In this document: piece by piece, positions 35,417 through 44,420 of the stretch
How the letters are laid out: the number at the start of each line of letters is the position of its first letter
Position numbering within the stretch: position 1 is the stretch's first letter
Virus record (IMG/VR): IMGVR_UViG_3300033153_012477
Span: 55,437 to 119,436 of that record
Reading direction: 5' to 3' (one strand)
From: a virus
Lineage: Duplodnaviria > Heunggongvirae > Uroviricota > Caudoviricetes
DNA length: 64,000 bases
Position numbers and translations under genes: made by a program
Notes under the pieces: model-generated
What the model was told of the DNA's origin: nothing
Databases searched by the model: none
The model's input: only the letters and a program-made list of their open reading frames with translations

Positions 35417-36193
35417 TCAAAATCCAAATTTAGCTGAAAGTATAACAGTGTTAGTATAAGGATCCGCAAACAACGAAACGATAGGTAAATGCTGATCCCT
35501 TAGTTTCCCCTCACTGTCAAAATGGAAAGAATACATAGTGTACCCAATCAATGCCCCTAGTGAGCCTCCTACTAAAACATCTGTGAGATAGTGTTTCTTC
35601 CCACCTATCCTAGTAGCTCCTACAAAGCTTGCAAAGACGTAGGGAACCGTGGCGTAAGCATATCGCATAGGAGAGTTCTCGTGTGTTCTATATAGGTCCG
35701 TGGCTATCCATGACGCTGCAGTAAACGCTTGAGCAGTGTGTCCACTAGGAAAGGATAAGTTATTTCCACCATCAGGTCTTTCTCTACCGAAAGAATACTT
35801 TGCAATAGTTATAGAGCCGTGCATCATAAGTAAGGCTTCTGTGTAAACAAAGGACTTTTCCCAACTATATTTAGGGCGTAGGACAAGATAATAAGCGTAG
35901 GGTACTCCTATTATCCATTTAGCACCTTTATCTCCGAGAGTATAAGCCCATCTTGGGACATCAAAGTTATGTTTTTTATCTATCTCTGGTACAAAAATTA
36001 TAGGACGAGATGTTTCGGGTCTAACTAAGATTAGAGCTGTTCCAATAATACCTAATGCTAAAGAAGAATACCGAATCTGACTTGGAGAGACATCCCACCT
36101 AATGTCTACTGGCTCAAAGTAAGTCTCTCCTTTAAGGTTCTGCGATATAATTATCAATATAATTACTAATATAAAACTTCGTATATATTCCAT
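35417..36193 (-). CDS. PAP2-family (type 2 phosphatidic acid phosphatase-like) membrane phosphatase
   Basis: PAP2 motifs 'RERPDGG' (KxxxxxxRP), 'PSGHTA' and 'TRIGGKKHYLTDVLVGG' (SRxxxxxHxxxD), plus multiple TM helices. Confidence 0.7.
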   Translation of the reverse strand: MEYIRSFILVIILIIISQNLKGETYFEPVDIRWDVSPSQIRYSSLALGIIGTALILVRPETSRPIIFVPEIDKKHNFDVPRWAYTLGDKGAKWIIGVPYAYYLVLRPKYSWEKSFVYTEALLMMHGSITIAKYSFGRERPDGGNNLSFPSGHTAQAFTAASWIATDLYRTHENSPMRYAYATVPYVFASFVGATRIGGKKHYLTDVLVGGSLGALIGYTMYSFHFDSEGKLRDQHLPIVSLFADPYTNTVILSAKFGF

Positions 36194-36196
36194 AGT

Positions 36197-36448
36197 TTAC
36201 TCCACTGTTTTTTTCCAAGATAAGTATTCGTCATGACACTCTTTAAACTTGGTTTTGTTATAATCGAGGTCTGGGCTATAACCGCACTTAGTACACTCAT
36301 TATAATAAAGGTGTGCTAATAGTTTTTTTTCAAAGTTATGTTGATGGGGTTTGTTGCAGGGGGCACTAGGTATTGAAGGAAGATCTTCTTTAGGATCATC
36401 AAAGTCTAGGTATACAAGTCCAAAGTCATCTTCATCATTTGTTGTCAT
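36197..36448 (-). CDS. Small hypothetical protein (possible Zn-binding, CNKPHQH...CTKCG)
   Basis: 83-aa ORF. Confidence 0.3.
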   Translation of the reverse strand: MTTNDEDDFGLVYLDFDDPKEDLPSIPSAPCNKPHQHNFEKKLLAHLYYNECTKCGYSPDLDYNKTKFKECHDEYLSWKKTVE

Positions 36449-36869
36449 ACATTTGCTTTAACTCTTTTTCTCTACTAAGATAGTCATATGCTTCAAAAGC
36501 TATTTCGCTTTCAGAAGTGCTCTCATCTAGTAGCTTAGTTAGTATCCCTTCAACTTTTCTCAGTTTATCTTGAGGAGAAAGTTTACCTTTTTTCTTGATA
36601 GTTACTTCTACACTTTTACCAGCACTATCATATAGATCGCATATTACGTAATTATCACTATCTTTGACCAAGTCCCAGAAGCTTCCTGCAAATATTTGCA
36701 CAAGCTCAGTACCTTTGAAATCAATAGAGAGACCATTATTTGTTGAAATTGTTGTATTTTTATGAAAATAATCCTCAAATGTAGCTTTTTCTTCTTTCTC
36801 TAAAGCTTCTTTCAATTCTTTATTCTCTTTCTTTAGCTGTTTTTTACTAGTGTATCCTTTCCAGAACAT
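36435..36869 (-). CDS. Hypothetical protein
   Basis: 144-aa ORF overlapping its neighbours. No motif. Confidence 0.35.
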   Translation of the reverse strand: MFWKGYTSKKQLKKENKELKEALEKEEKATFEDYFHKNTTISTNNGLSIDFKGTELVQIFAGSFWDLVKDSDNYVICDLYDSAGKSVEVTIKKKGKLSPQDKLRKVEGILTKLLDESTSESEIAFEAYDYLSREKELKQMYDNK

Positions 36870-37597
36870 ATCGACCTCTTAACTTCTTCTAATGTGTTAA
36901 ATATCCTCTTTTTTTCTCTTTTTCCTAAAGAAGAATCTATATCTACTATTCTATCCTCTACATAGGAAACCTTTTCCATAAGGGAAAAAGAAGCAAATTT
37001 TTTCTTCTCTTTTTTTTCTAGCAAATCTTTTTGCTCTTCACTATAACAAGCAACACAAATTGGATCTTTACGTCCTTTTATTCGAATAATATCTAACCAG
37101 TGATCCCCTTTACAGGAGTGTTTTTCTCTTTCAGGATCTTCATATACAAGAGGAGTGCCTCCTACCCCATGCTCGGGATACCAAAAAGAAGATAGTTTAC
37201 TGACAGCACATTCTAAGTCCTCCATAGCAGAGCCTACTGAAGTACCCCATTGAGGGTTATCTTCCCAATCAACTAAATCTCTTAAATCTTCTGGAAAATA
37301 ATTAAGGCACTCATCATATAAATTCCACGCATGGTTATTACAGGTAGCGATAAGGTAGTAGTCTTTATGTTTAACAATGTAAGTCTCTTCGTTACAGGAA
37401 TTAAAACAAATACTAGTATTTATATCCATCCCTCTAATTTCTGCTTCTTCAATGGTTTCAATTAACTCCTGATCTGAGTCCCACTCTCGGGAAGGTATCA
37501 TGGATTTAGCTAAATCAAACACGGAATCGAAGGTGTTTTTAGAGACTATAAAGCTACTTGAAGATGAATTTGAGACGTACCCCATTCTCGTTTTCAT
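36833..37597 (-). CDS. Member of the 'GFVSNSSSSSF'-tag family (254 aa)
   Basis: N-terminus 'MKTRMGYVSNSSSSSFIVSK'. Confidence 0.6.
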   Translation of the reverse strand: MKTRMGYVSNSSSSSFIVSKNTFDSVFDLAKSMIPSREWDSDQELIETIEEAEIRGMDINTSICFNSCNEETYIVKHKDYYLIATCNNHAWNLYDECLNYFPEDLRDLVDWEDNPQWGTSVGSAMEDLECAVSKLSSFWYPEHGVGGTPLVYEDPEREKHSCKGDHWLDIIRIKGRKDPICVACYSEEQKDLLEKKEKKKFASFSLMEKVSYVEDRIVDIDSSLGKREKKRIFNTLEEVKRSICSGKDTLVKNS

Positions 37598-37611
37598 TTA
37601 ATATGCTCCTG

Positions 37612-37971
37612 CTAACAACAACGTGTCCCACCAAAAATAGTGGGTTCTTTTAATTCTTCAAGATCAACGTCTAAGCGATCTTTTAATTTTAATTTTAACT
37701 CAATTATATTTTGAGTTATTTCCTGCAGGTCATACGATTTCTCGTCACAAGTTCCACAATCATCGAACTCAAACATATTGAAACCAATAACAATCTTTCC
37801 ATCTGGAACACCGTCTTCACTGCCTTGTAAAACTGTAAAGTCGTCATAAAGATCACTAAGTAGTTCATCACAGTCTTCTCTATCCTCTAAAAAATCTTCT
37901 TCGAAGGAGTATCCTAAAACTACGAAACTACTTGAAGATGAGTTACTAACAAATGAAGTTCTAACTTTCAA
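37612..37971 (-). CDS. Member of the 'GFVSNSSSSSF'-tag family (119 aa)
   Basis: N-terminus 'MKVRTSFVSNSSSSSFVVLG'. Confidence 0.6.
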   Translation of the reverse strand: MKVRTSFVSNSSSSSFVVLGYSFEEDFLEDREDCDELLSDLYDDFTVLQGSEDGVPDGKIVIGFNMFEFDDCGTCDEKSYDLQEITQNIIELKLKLKDRLDVDLEELKEPTIFGGTRCC

Positions 37972-37973
37972 AA

Positions 37974-38297
37974 TTATCTCCTATACTTATATAAAGATTT
38001 ACCTGAGCTATCCACCACAGTGACTACATTATTTTTAACCACTTTCTTTTCAGTTCTCTCTCCACCTAAAGCCCATATCCAAGTAAAAACAACTAAAACA
38101 GGGTTGGTGTCCCAGTAAGAAGTTGTCGCTAAAATGGCGACAAGTAGTCTTGGAGCTAGAAGCCAACCAAACCACCACCAGAATCCTCCGAAAAGGACAC
38201 TAGAGAACAAAAGAGTAAGTCTTGGAAAAAACATTAAGAAGAATATGAACCAGAGTCCATGCACGTCCCAAAAATCAACCATTGCTTTTCTCCCCAT
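37974..38297 (-). CDS. Small membrane protein (hypothetical)
   Basis: 107 aa with Trp/Phe-rich TM helices (LWFIFFLMFFPRLTLLFSSVLFGGFWWWFGWLLAP). Confidence 0.4.
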   Translation of the reverse strand: MGRKAMVDFWDVHGLWFIFFLMFFPRLTLLFSSVLFGGFWWWFGWLLAPRLLVAILATTSYWDTNPVLVVFTWIWALGGERTEKKVVKNNVVTVVDSSGKSLYKYRR

Positions 38298-38430
38298 AAT
38301 CTTTGGAGATGAATTTCAAAAGATTATTTTTTCCTGCATAATATCCAGCATAGAATATAAAATAGAATAACAAGACGTTATCTAAAACATTCCAATACCA
38401 ACCAATTTCATCAAACCAGAGCATATTAAC

Positions 38431-38769
38431 CTAACTGTAGTAAGATTCTTCTTGGGTAGAGCATTTAATATCCTCTCCAAAAAGTTCTTTTATTTCTTTC
38501 TCAACATTTTCTTTAAACTGTTTTCCTGTCTCATCGTCTTTAACTGAAGACCAGTCTCTACCTATATAAACAGTATCCCAGTCACTAGGTGTGTGTACTT
38601 CTAGAGAAGTATCGAGGTTTTCAGAAAGCTCATAGACACAATCTTCGTCTTCTAAATCGGGCTTCATTTTTATTATTTTTTCTTTAAATTCACAGGAATC
38701 AAGTTCAATTCCATAGATACAAAAACTACTGGAGGACGAATTTGAGACAAAACCTGTTCTGATTTTCAT
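38431..38769 (-). CDS. Member of the 'GFVSNSSSSSF'-tag family (112 aa)
   Basis: N-terminus 'MKIRTGFVSNSSSSSFCIYG'. Confidence 0.6.
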   Translation of the reverse strand: MKIRTGFVSNSSSSSFCIYGIELDSCEFKEKIIKMKPDLEDEDCVYELSENLDTSLEVHTPSDWDTVYIGRDWSSVKDDETGKQFKENVEKEIKELFGEDIKCSTQEESYYS

Positions 38770-38852
38770 AGCACTTCCTTGTGTTTGAGTTCAAAACTAT
38801 TATACTTAAAGGATAGTTTAAAATTAAACTATAAATCAAGAAATTTATAAAG

Positions 38853-38863
38853 CCTGTATAGAT
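38853..38863 (+). promoter_or_regulatory. Copy of the recurring CCTGTATAGAT motif
   Basis: 'aagCCTGTATAGATTATTTTgtatcg', immediately 3' of the minus-strand ORF 38863-39093. Confidence 0.25.
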
Positions 38864-39093
38864 TATTTTGTATCGTCAGTAAAGTATTTGATTATCCCCT
38901 TACCTTGAAGGGCAGGAGAAATAACATACCATCCCTTGTTTGGGATGTGAGAGATGCCTGTAGCAATTGTTCCTTGATTTTCTTTCCACTGATAAAAAAA
39001 ATCAATAACTGGCTTAGGAATTTGAGAAGGTTGATTAATATCTACTAAGTTTTCTTCTAGTTCTGGAAGTGTTACATTATCATGCTGCATCAT
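38863..39093 (-). CDS. Small hypothetical protein
   Basis: 76-aa ORF. Confidence 0.3.
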   Translation of the reverse strand: MMQHDNVTLPELEENLVDINQPSQIPKPVIDFFYQWKENQGTIATGISHIPNKGWYVISPALQGKGIIKYFTDDTK

Positions 39094-39745
39094 AGCTCTC
39101 TTCAGGTACTAAGTATGCTTCTATCCAAATAGAAGGAGTACCCCACCCATCAAAATTATACATAGACTCAATAGCTAATCCATTCTGTGTCAACTCTTGC
39201 ATTATAGTTGCTTTGGTGAAGCCACACGTATGAAATTGACCAGGATCAACAGGATAGTCTAATGTGTTGGCATCCCTGTTGGCAGGATTAGTTTGAAACC
39301 CAAATAAAGTATAAGTGAACCAGTCCCTTTCGTCACTAGAAAGATTAGGTTGTAGTAAAAGTTTAATGATTAATTCTAAGTCAGGTATAGCTAAGAATAG
39401 TTTACCTTCTCTTGGTTTTAGTACTCTTGCCCACTCCTTAATCGCTAATCTAGCATGCCTAATCGGAAGATGTTCTAGTACATGGGAGCAAAATATCAGG
39501 TCAGTGTTATGAGAAGCATAAGGAAGTTGAAATATGTCAAAATTTATAACTTTAGGATCTTCAAAATATTTATCTACGTTAGTAAAACCATCTAGGATTC
39601 TCCCACCGCAACCTAAGTGTAGAAAGGTTTTGTCACCGTGAGGGTAATCTTTAACATAGTTAAATAGTTCTTGTTCTGAGAATATAACTTGATTTCTTTT
39701 CTCTATAAGATCTAGAGAAGGATATTTCCCATCTTCTGACATCAC
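39080..39745 (-). CDS. Class I SAM-dependent methyltransferase
   Basis: 'FLHLGCGGRILDGFTNVD' (motif I, hh(D/E)hGxGxG) and 'DLIFCSHVLEHL' (motif post-II), the Methyltransf_11/23-like pattern. Confidence 0.65.
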   Translation of the reverse strand: MMSEDGKYPSLDLIEKRNQVIFSEQELFNYVKDYPHGDKTFLHLGCGGRILDGFTNVDKYFEDPKVINFDIFQLPYASHNTDLIFCSHVLEHLPIRHARLAIKEWARVLKPREGKLFLAIPDLELIIKLLLQPNLSSDERDWFTYTLFGFQTNPANRDANTLDYPVDPGQFHTCGFTKATIMQELTQNGLAIESMYNFDGWGTPSIWIEAYLVPEESYDAA

Positions 39746-39809
39746 TTACAACCTCATCCTTAAAGTTTATATAATATTATACAAACTCAATAGGTTAAGA
39801 TCAAGTGCA

Positions 39810-40196
39810 TTACCAGAAGAATGATTTTATTTTAGAAAAAAATGACTTGTTTGCTTTATACCCTTCAGGAATAGAGTTAACTGCCTCTTCTACTATACTG
39901 GAGTAGATATTATCTAAGTTATCAATACCTAAAGACTTCTCATCAAAACCATTTGATCTAAAATAATTCCTAACTGCCATACCACCCATAAAATGATATG
40001 GGAGAGGAGTAGAATTAGTTATGGTTGTAGCCCACTCCCCATCAGGATTATCTTTAATAATCTTTTTAAAGAATTTTGTTTCTTCATCAGTAAGCTTTTC
40101 CTTAAAAGATTGAACCATCTTGTTACGATCAGAGCTTTTAAGAATCATTAGGTCATCTATCTTTCTCTTCAAGGATTCTTCCTCGGAGTCCTGCAT
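39810..40196 (-). CDS. Hypothetical protein
   Basis: 128-aa ORF. Confidence 0.35.
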   Translation of the reverse strand: MQDSEEESLKRKIDDLMILKSSDRNKMVQSFKEKLTDEETKFFKKIIKDNPDGEWATTITNSTPLPYHFMGGMAVRNYFRSNGFDEKSLGIDNLDNIYSSIVEEAVNSIPEGYKANKSFFSKIKSFFW

Positions 40197-40206
40197 AATT
40201 TACCTC

Positions 40207-40737
40207 TTAATGTTTAGAAATTCTGTAAGCATCAATGTTATCAAAAAGAGGACCATGCTCTAAAGCACTTCCGTAAGAATCATCATCTGCATATTCAACC
40301 AAAAACAGTACTTTGTTCCCAGCTTCAGCGATTAACTCATCTGCAGTTTTGTCTTGAAATACTTTACAAGCTTCTTGATAGGAATCCCAGTCTATGTCAT
40401 CCATACCTTTTGTGATTACACCTTTCTTCTTGAAGCTTTCATACTCAGGAGCACCCTCAAGCCAACCGTGACCCATCTCTTCTGAAACCTGTGCCTTAGT
40501 CATAGGTGTTTGGTCTTTAATGTCATCAAACACAGTTTCAGCTACTGTAGAGGTAGGATATCCTGGGGTTCTATTGGCAAAATAGGTGCAGTCGGGATCA
40601 TAATAAGGATCTGCATAGAATTCTTCTGTTCCAAATAACACTTCTTTCATATCTTCTACTGACTCTGGTTTTTTATCCAAAGCTAGAATAAAACTTGAAG
40701 AACTACTGTTGCTGACGTGCCCTTGTCTAGTTTTCAT
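40207..40737 (-). CDS. Member of the 'GFVSNSSSSSF'-tag family (176 aa)
   Basis: N-terminus 'MKTRQGHVSNSSSSSFILAL'. Confidence 0.6.
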   Translation of the reverse strand: MKTRQGHVSNSSSSSFILALDKKPESVEDMKEVLFGTEEFYADPYYDPDCTYFANRTPGYPTSTVAETVFDDIKDQTPMTKAQVSEEMGHGWLEGAPEYESFKKKGVITKGMDDIDWDSYQEACKVFQDKTADELIAEAGNKVLFLVEYADDDSYGSALEHGPLFDNIDAYRISKH

Positions 40738-41125
40738 TTAAGAACTCCCCTATACCATCATCTTTTCTATCATATAAACTGTTAGTGTATGTATCAATCA
40801 TTTCCCTAAAAGGTATCTCATTATCCTCTACTTTTGGATAGATAATTGTCTGACCAGCTACTCCGCCAAAATCTTTTACTAAATTTTTCCTAAAGTCACC
40901 ATAGTCGTGTTGAAGATAGTGAGCCTCATATTTTTCAGCAAACGTTCCTTTCGCAACAAAAGAAGGATTAAAAAAATCTTTAAACCTGTACTTTTTTCCC
41001 ATCATCTTATTGTGGAAATCAATTATCGCATGAAGTTTTTTATCTGTTTCCTTAGGAGATTGCTCCACTATGACCAAAAAACTACAACTACTTGAATTGC
41101 TAATAAATCCTTTTCTTTTTTTCAC
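40727..41125 (-). CDS. Divergent member of the 'GFVSNSSSSSF'-tag family (132 aa)
   Basis: N-terminus 'MKKRKGFISNSSSCSFLVIV'. Confidence 0.55.
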   Translation of the reverse strand: MKKRKGFISNSSSCSFLVIVEQSPKETDKKLHAIIDFHNKMMGKKYRFKDFFNPSFVAKGTFAEKYEAHYLQHDYGDFRKNLVKDFGGVAGQTIIYPKVEDNEIPFREMIDTYTNSLYDRKDDGIGEFLNEN

Positions 41126-41425
41126 TTAGCACCCCGTGCAACTTCCACAAGCATCAGGAGCATTCTTAATCTCCTCTTCTGCTGCTTCATCTCCCTCGAT
41201 AATTCTAGTTAGATTATCTTGGAAAAATTTTATAAATCTCTTGTTTGCCCCAATGTCGTTTACTACAAAACCGCCTTGAAAACTAACGTTACCTTCTGAA
41301 TCAAGTTTTAAAACTTCTTGACCATGAAGCGTTACTATTACTTCATTTTCCTTGTCATTGGACATATATTTTCTCCTAATTATTTTTATTAGAAAAAGCA
41401 GAAGTAGTCTTGAGCATAGCTTCAT
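41126..41425 (-). CDS. Small hypothetical protein with a C-terminal 'CGSCTGC'
   Basis: 99-aa ORF that partially overlaps the 41376-41612 ORF. Only one of the two may be real. Confidence 0.3.
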   Translation of the reverse strand: MKLCSRLLLLFLIKIIRRKYMSNDKENEVIVTLHGQEVLKLDSEGNVSFQGGFVVNDIGANKRFIKFFQDNLTRIIEGDEAAEEEIKNAPDACGSCTGC

Positions 41426-41621
41426 AGTACATATCTTCTAACTTTTCCTCAGTAAGCGGTGTTGGGGTATCGCAAGTTGGATCAAAGAAAACAGGGTCTG
41501 CAGGTCCTGGCTCTCTGCCAAATTTTTCCATAAATGCTCTTCGTTGTTCTTGTAAAATAGAATACATCCCGTCATCTATCTGTATAGCATCAATTTCTTG
41601 ATCTTTTTTCATAAGTTATCC

Positions 41622-42677
41622 TTAATAAATATCATATTCAGGACAAAACCTACAACCGCTTCCATTAATAGTGCATTTATCTGCGGTTGCTAAAAGTTTT
41701 TCTCTAAACTCTTGCACAGGTTTAGCATGCCAAATATCTTTAATGAAGTCATCACACTTTGCCACGTCAATCTCTTCATAACCTCGTCCCTCTAAAAAAG
41801 AACAAGGTGTTGTCTTTCCCTCTACATTAACATAAAAACTGAAAAGGTAAGATTCACAAGGTTCGCTCATTTGCTCCAAGACTTTAAAGTTATCCTTTTC
41901 TTTCACAGCTTCCAAAAACATAGGTGCAGAGCAGGAATCAAATCCAACCCTAACATCATTTTCAAAAGCATAATCTATTAGTTCTTTATACTTTGCAGTA
42001 CCTAATTTTTTATAGTTATTTCTCTTTCCTTTAGGTTTTAGAGACAAAAAGACAATAGCATTTAAGTCATCTAATCGAGGATCGATTTTTGAATCGGTCA
42101 TAACCTCTAGGCAATCCTCGTAAGTTTCATGTGATACAAGACGGTGTATGTTAACCTGTTTCATTCCTCGTTTAGTCAACTTAGCGACGGCATCGTAACA
42201 AATATCTTTCGGCTTATACATTGAAACAGAAACAGCACCACACAGTTCAGCCAACTTGTCAGCGTATTTATCTGTTAGGTTGTATCCGTTTATTGTAACA
42301 TTTGGAACAACATAATTGTAATCATTATTTCGACAATATTCCATAATCTTAAAAAAATCAGGATTAGAATCTATGTCCCCAATCCCAAACGCTATCTGAG
42401 TTAAAGTCTTAGGAAGTTTATGGAAAATAGTTTTAAATTTCTCAAGGGACATATTCTCCCCAACCTTAGTGTTGGACTTATAACACCATCGACAAGGACC
42501 AAGACCAATACCTTCACAAACAGTACTTATTTCCATGTCAAGAATTTCTGGTCCATATGGAGAATAGTCTGGGTCGTCTTCTTCTCTTTCTCCCCATCTT
42601 CTAAAGAATCCAGTTTTTACATCAAAGTCGTAGTTATACTTAGGTGAGCGTACTCTCTTTACTTTAGGTACTCTCAT
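41622..42677 (-). CDS. Putative radical-SAM-like Fe-S enzyme with a non-canonical Cx7CxxC motif and C-terminal Cys-rich (SPASM/twitch-like) region
   Basis: 'ISTVCEGIGLGPCRWCYKSN' (C-x7-C-x2-C) followed about 30 residues later by a glycine-rich stretch, and 'AFGIGDID'. C-terminal 'EPCESYLFSFYVNVEGKTTPCSF...CTINGSGCRFC'. Confidence 0.4.
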   Translation of the reverse strand: MRVPKVKRVRSPKYNYDFDVKTGFFRRWGEREEDDPDYSPYGPEILDMEISTVCEGIGLGPCRWCYKSNTKVGENMSLEKFKTIFHKLPKTLTQIAFGIGDIDSNPDFFKIMEYCRNNDYNYVVPNVTINGYNLTDKYADKLAELCGAVSVSMYKPKDICYDAVAKLTKRGMKQVNIHRLVSHETYEDCLEVMTDSKIDPRLDDLNAIVFLSLKPKGKRNNYKKLGTAKYKELIDYAFENDVRVGFDSCSAPMFLEAVKEKDNFKVLEQMSEPCESYLFSFYVNVEGKTTPCSFLEGRGYEEIDVAKCDDFIKDIWHAKPVQEFREKLLATADKCTINGSGCRFCPEYDIY

Positions 42678-42985
42678 TGTACTGCCTCTGGCTTTATTAA
42701 ACAGGAGATCTCACCATGCATAGTGTCCTTAACCATAGCGAACATCATAGATCTCTCTTCTGGAAAGGGGATTGTACCATTTTTGATTCTATCCACCACA
42801 AATGTTCTTAAATGATCTCCTAATTTAGAAGCATCGCTATCTTTTAGAATCTGAGTTTTTTTAAACTTTAATTTTGCTTTAACAGCACCATTAAGATTGT
42901 CGTCAAAAGTCTCAACGGTTAATGTTTTAAAATTAATATTCATCTTCTCTCCTCTCCTGCCTTGAGTGATGACATCTTGCATCAC
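42674..42985 (-). CDS. Hypothetical protein
   Basis: 103-aa ORF. A conserved CCTGTATAGAT motif lies about 65 nt upstream on the minus strand. Confidence 0.4.
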   Translation of the reverse strand: MMQDVITQGRRGEKMNINFKTLTVETFDDNLNGAVKAKLKFKKTQILKDSDASKLGDHLRTFVVDRIKNGTIPFPEERSMMFAMVKDTMHGEISCLIKPEAVQ

Positions 42986-43050
42986 GTAACACTTACTTTG
43001 TTGAGTGAAAAGATTACCAAAGCTTTTTCAATATAACAATATTTTTTTAG

Positions 43051-43061
43051 ATCTATACAGG
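43051..43061 (-). promoter_or_regulatory. Copy of the recurring CCTGTATAGAT motif (candidate phage promoter/regulatory element)
   Basis: Minus-strand 'aaaCCTGTATAGATCTaaaaaaa', about 65 nt upstream of the start of gene 42674-42985. Confidence 0.3.
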
Positions 43062-43076
43062 TTTACACTATATATC

Positions 43077-44420
43077 TTAATCATAGCTAAATAAAAAACC
43101 ATTCTCTGCTTTTAGTATAACTTTAGAAATTTCTTTAGTGTCTTTATATTTCAACATATCTTTTTCTGATCGGTATACTTTTCTCTCTTCTGTTTTTTCT
43201 TTAGGCAGCACTAAGACAGGTAAAAAATCAGGATTATGGTGGTTATATATAGTTTTAATTACCCTGTTGCCATGACCATAGATAGCAAAGATACCATCCC
43301 CTGTAGGCACATGAAGAGTATTTACCCCACACCCCGTGACCTGTAAAGGGTGTGTTTTTCGAGACCTAGTGCCAAAAGTATCTGTAACTGGAGAAACTGT
43401 AAACACTTCCACTCTATTTTTTAGTATAGATAAAGATTCAGTGTATCCTAAGTCAGTTATAATTTTGTCATCCCTTAATTTTTTAAAGTCATCTCGCATA
43501 GAGTTTAATGATTTTTTTTCTCGATGCTCATCACTTAAAATATCATTAAACTCTTCAGTGGGAGGTAAGTTTGTAATACTATGGGTGCCTTGAAGCATGT
43601 CCATTCCAGCGAAGAGCATCTTGGTGGTGGTATTTGTACCATAGTTACTATTTATGTATAAACAATGCATATGTACTGGATACTCTACGTAAGCTCTCAC
43701 TACGCTTCTTTTCTTTATACCTTTTACACATATAGGCACTCTAACTGTCTTAACACCAATAGGAGGGTTTGAATGAAAAGATCCACCGTGCATGTAATGT
43801 ATTTCATTATTTAGACTGTTAAGTCTAATAGCGTTTTCCTCTGTTTTACAAGTAATTGGAGGATTATTCTTGGCTGTACGAAAACGAGCATCTTGATCAG
43901 CTTTGAACTCCGAAGCGTAGGAAGCAAAAGGGTGCCCATGGATAATACCAGATGGGATTAATATTTTAGGTCCTAACATCAACCCTTTTATTTTCACATC
44001 AGGAGTTAAAGTAAGCGTGTAATCTCCAGGGAAAGGGTACTCTTTTTTTAAAGGATCGTCATCAAAGTAAAATGTTCGGGACTGCAAGTCTTTTAAAGTA
44101 GCTTTTGGCTTTAGAGTAAATATACCGTAATCAGGAGAAGTGTTTTTAGGCACTCGGATTAGCATCCAATCTAACTTTGTTAACTGTTTAAATTTTAATA
44201 AAGCTAGATCAACTATTGGAGCAAAACTTTGCTCATTCCCGCTTTTTTCAAAGTTTAAATTATCTTCTAAGCAAGGTTTTTCATAGTATAAGTCGTAGAG
44301 GGTTTGCTCGAAAGCTTTTCTGTAGTCTTCTAAGAAAGAAGAGTCAATAAAACTCTTAGAGGAGTTTTTAAAGTAATCGTGTAATTTTTTTAATCCAGCA
44401 TGTTTTCTAATTTCTCCCAT
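43077..44420 (-). CDS. Hypothetical protein (447 aa)
   Basis: Long ORF with no confident motif. 'IYGHGNRV...NHHNPD' is faintly metallophosphoesterase-like, which is not sufficient for a call. Confidence 0.45.
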   Translation of the reverse strand: MGEIRKHAGLKKLHDYFKNSSKSFIDSSFLEDYRKAFEQTLYDLYYEKPCLEDNLNFEKSGNEQSFAPIVDLALLKFKQLTKLDWMLIRVPKNTSPDYGIFTLKPKATLKDLQSRTFYFDDDPLKKEYPFPGDYTLTLTPDVKIKGLMLGPKILIPSGIIHGHPFASYASEFKADQDARFRTAKNNPPITCKTEENAIRLNSLNNEIHYMHGGSFHSNPPIGVKTVRVPICVKGIKKRSVVRAYVEYPVHMHCLYINSNYGTNTTTKMLFAGMDMLQGTHSITNLPPTEEFNDILSDEHREKKSLNSMRDDFKKLRDDKIITDLGYTESLSILKNRVEVFTVSPVTDTFGTRSRKTHPLQVTGCGVNTLHVPTGDGIFAIYGHGNRVIKTIYNHHNPDFLPVLVLPKEKTEERKVYRSEKDMLKYKDTKEISKVILKAENGFLFSYD

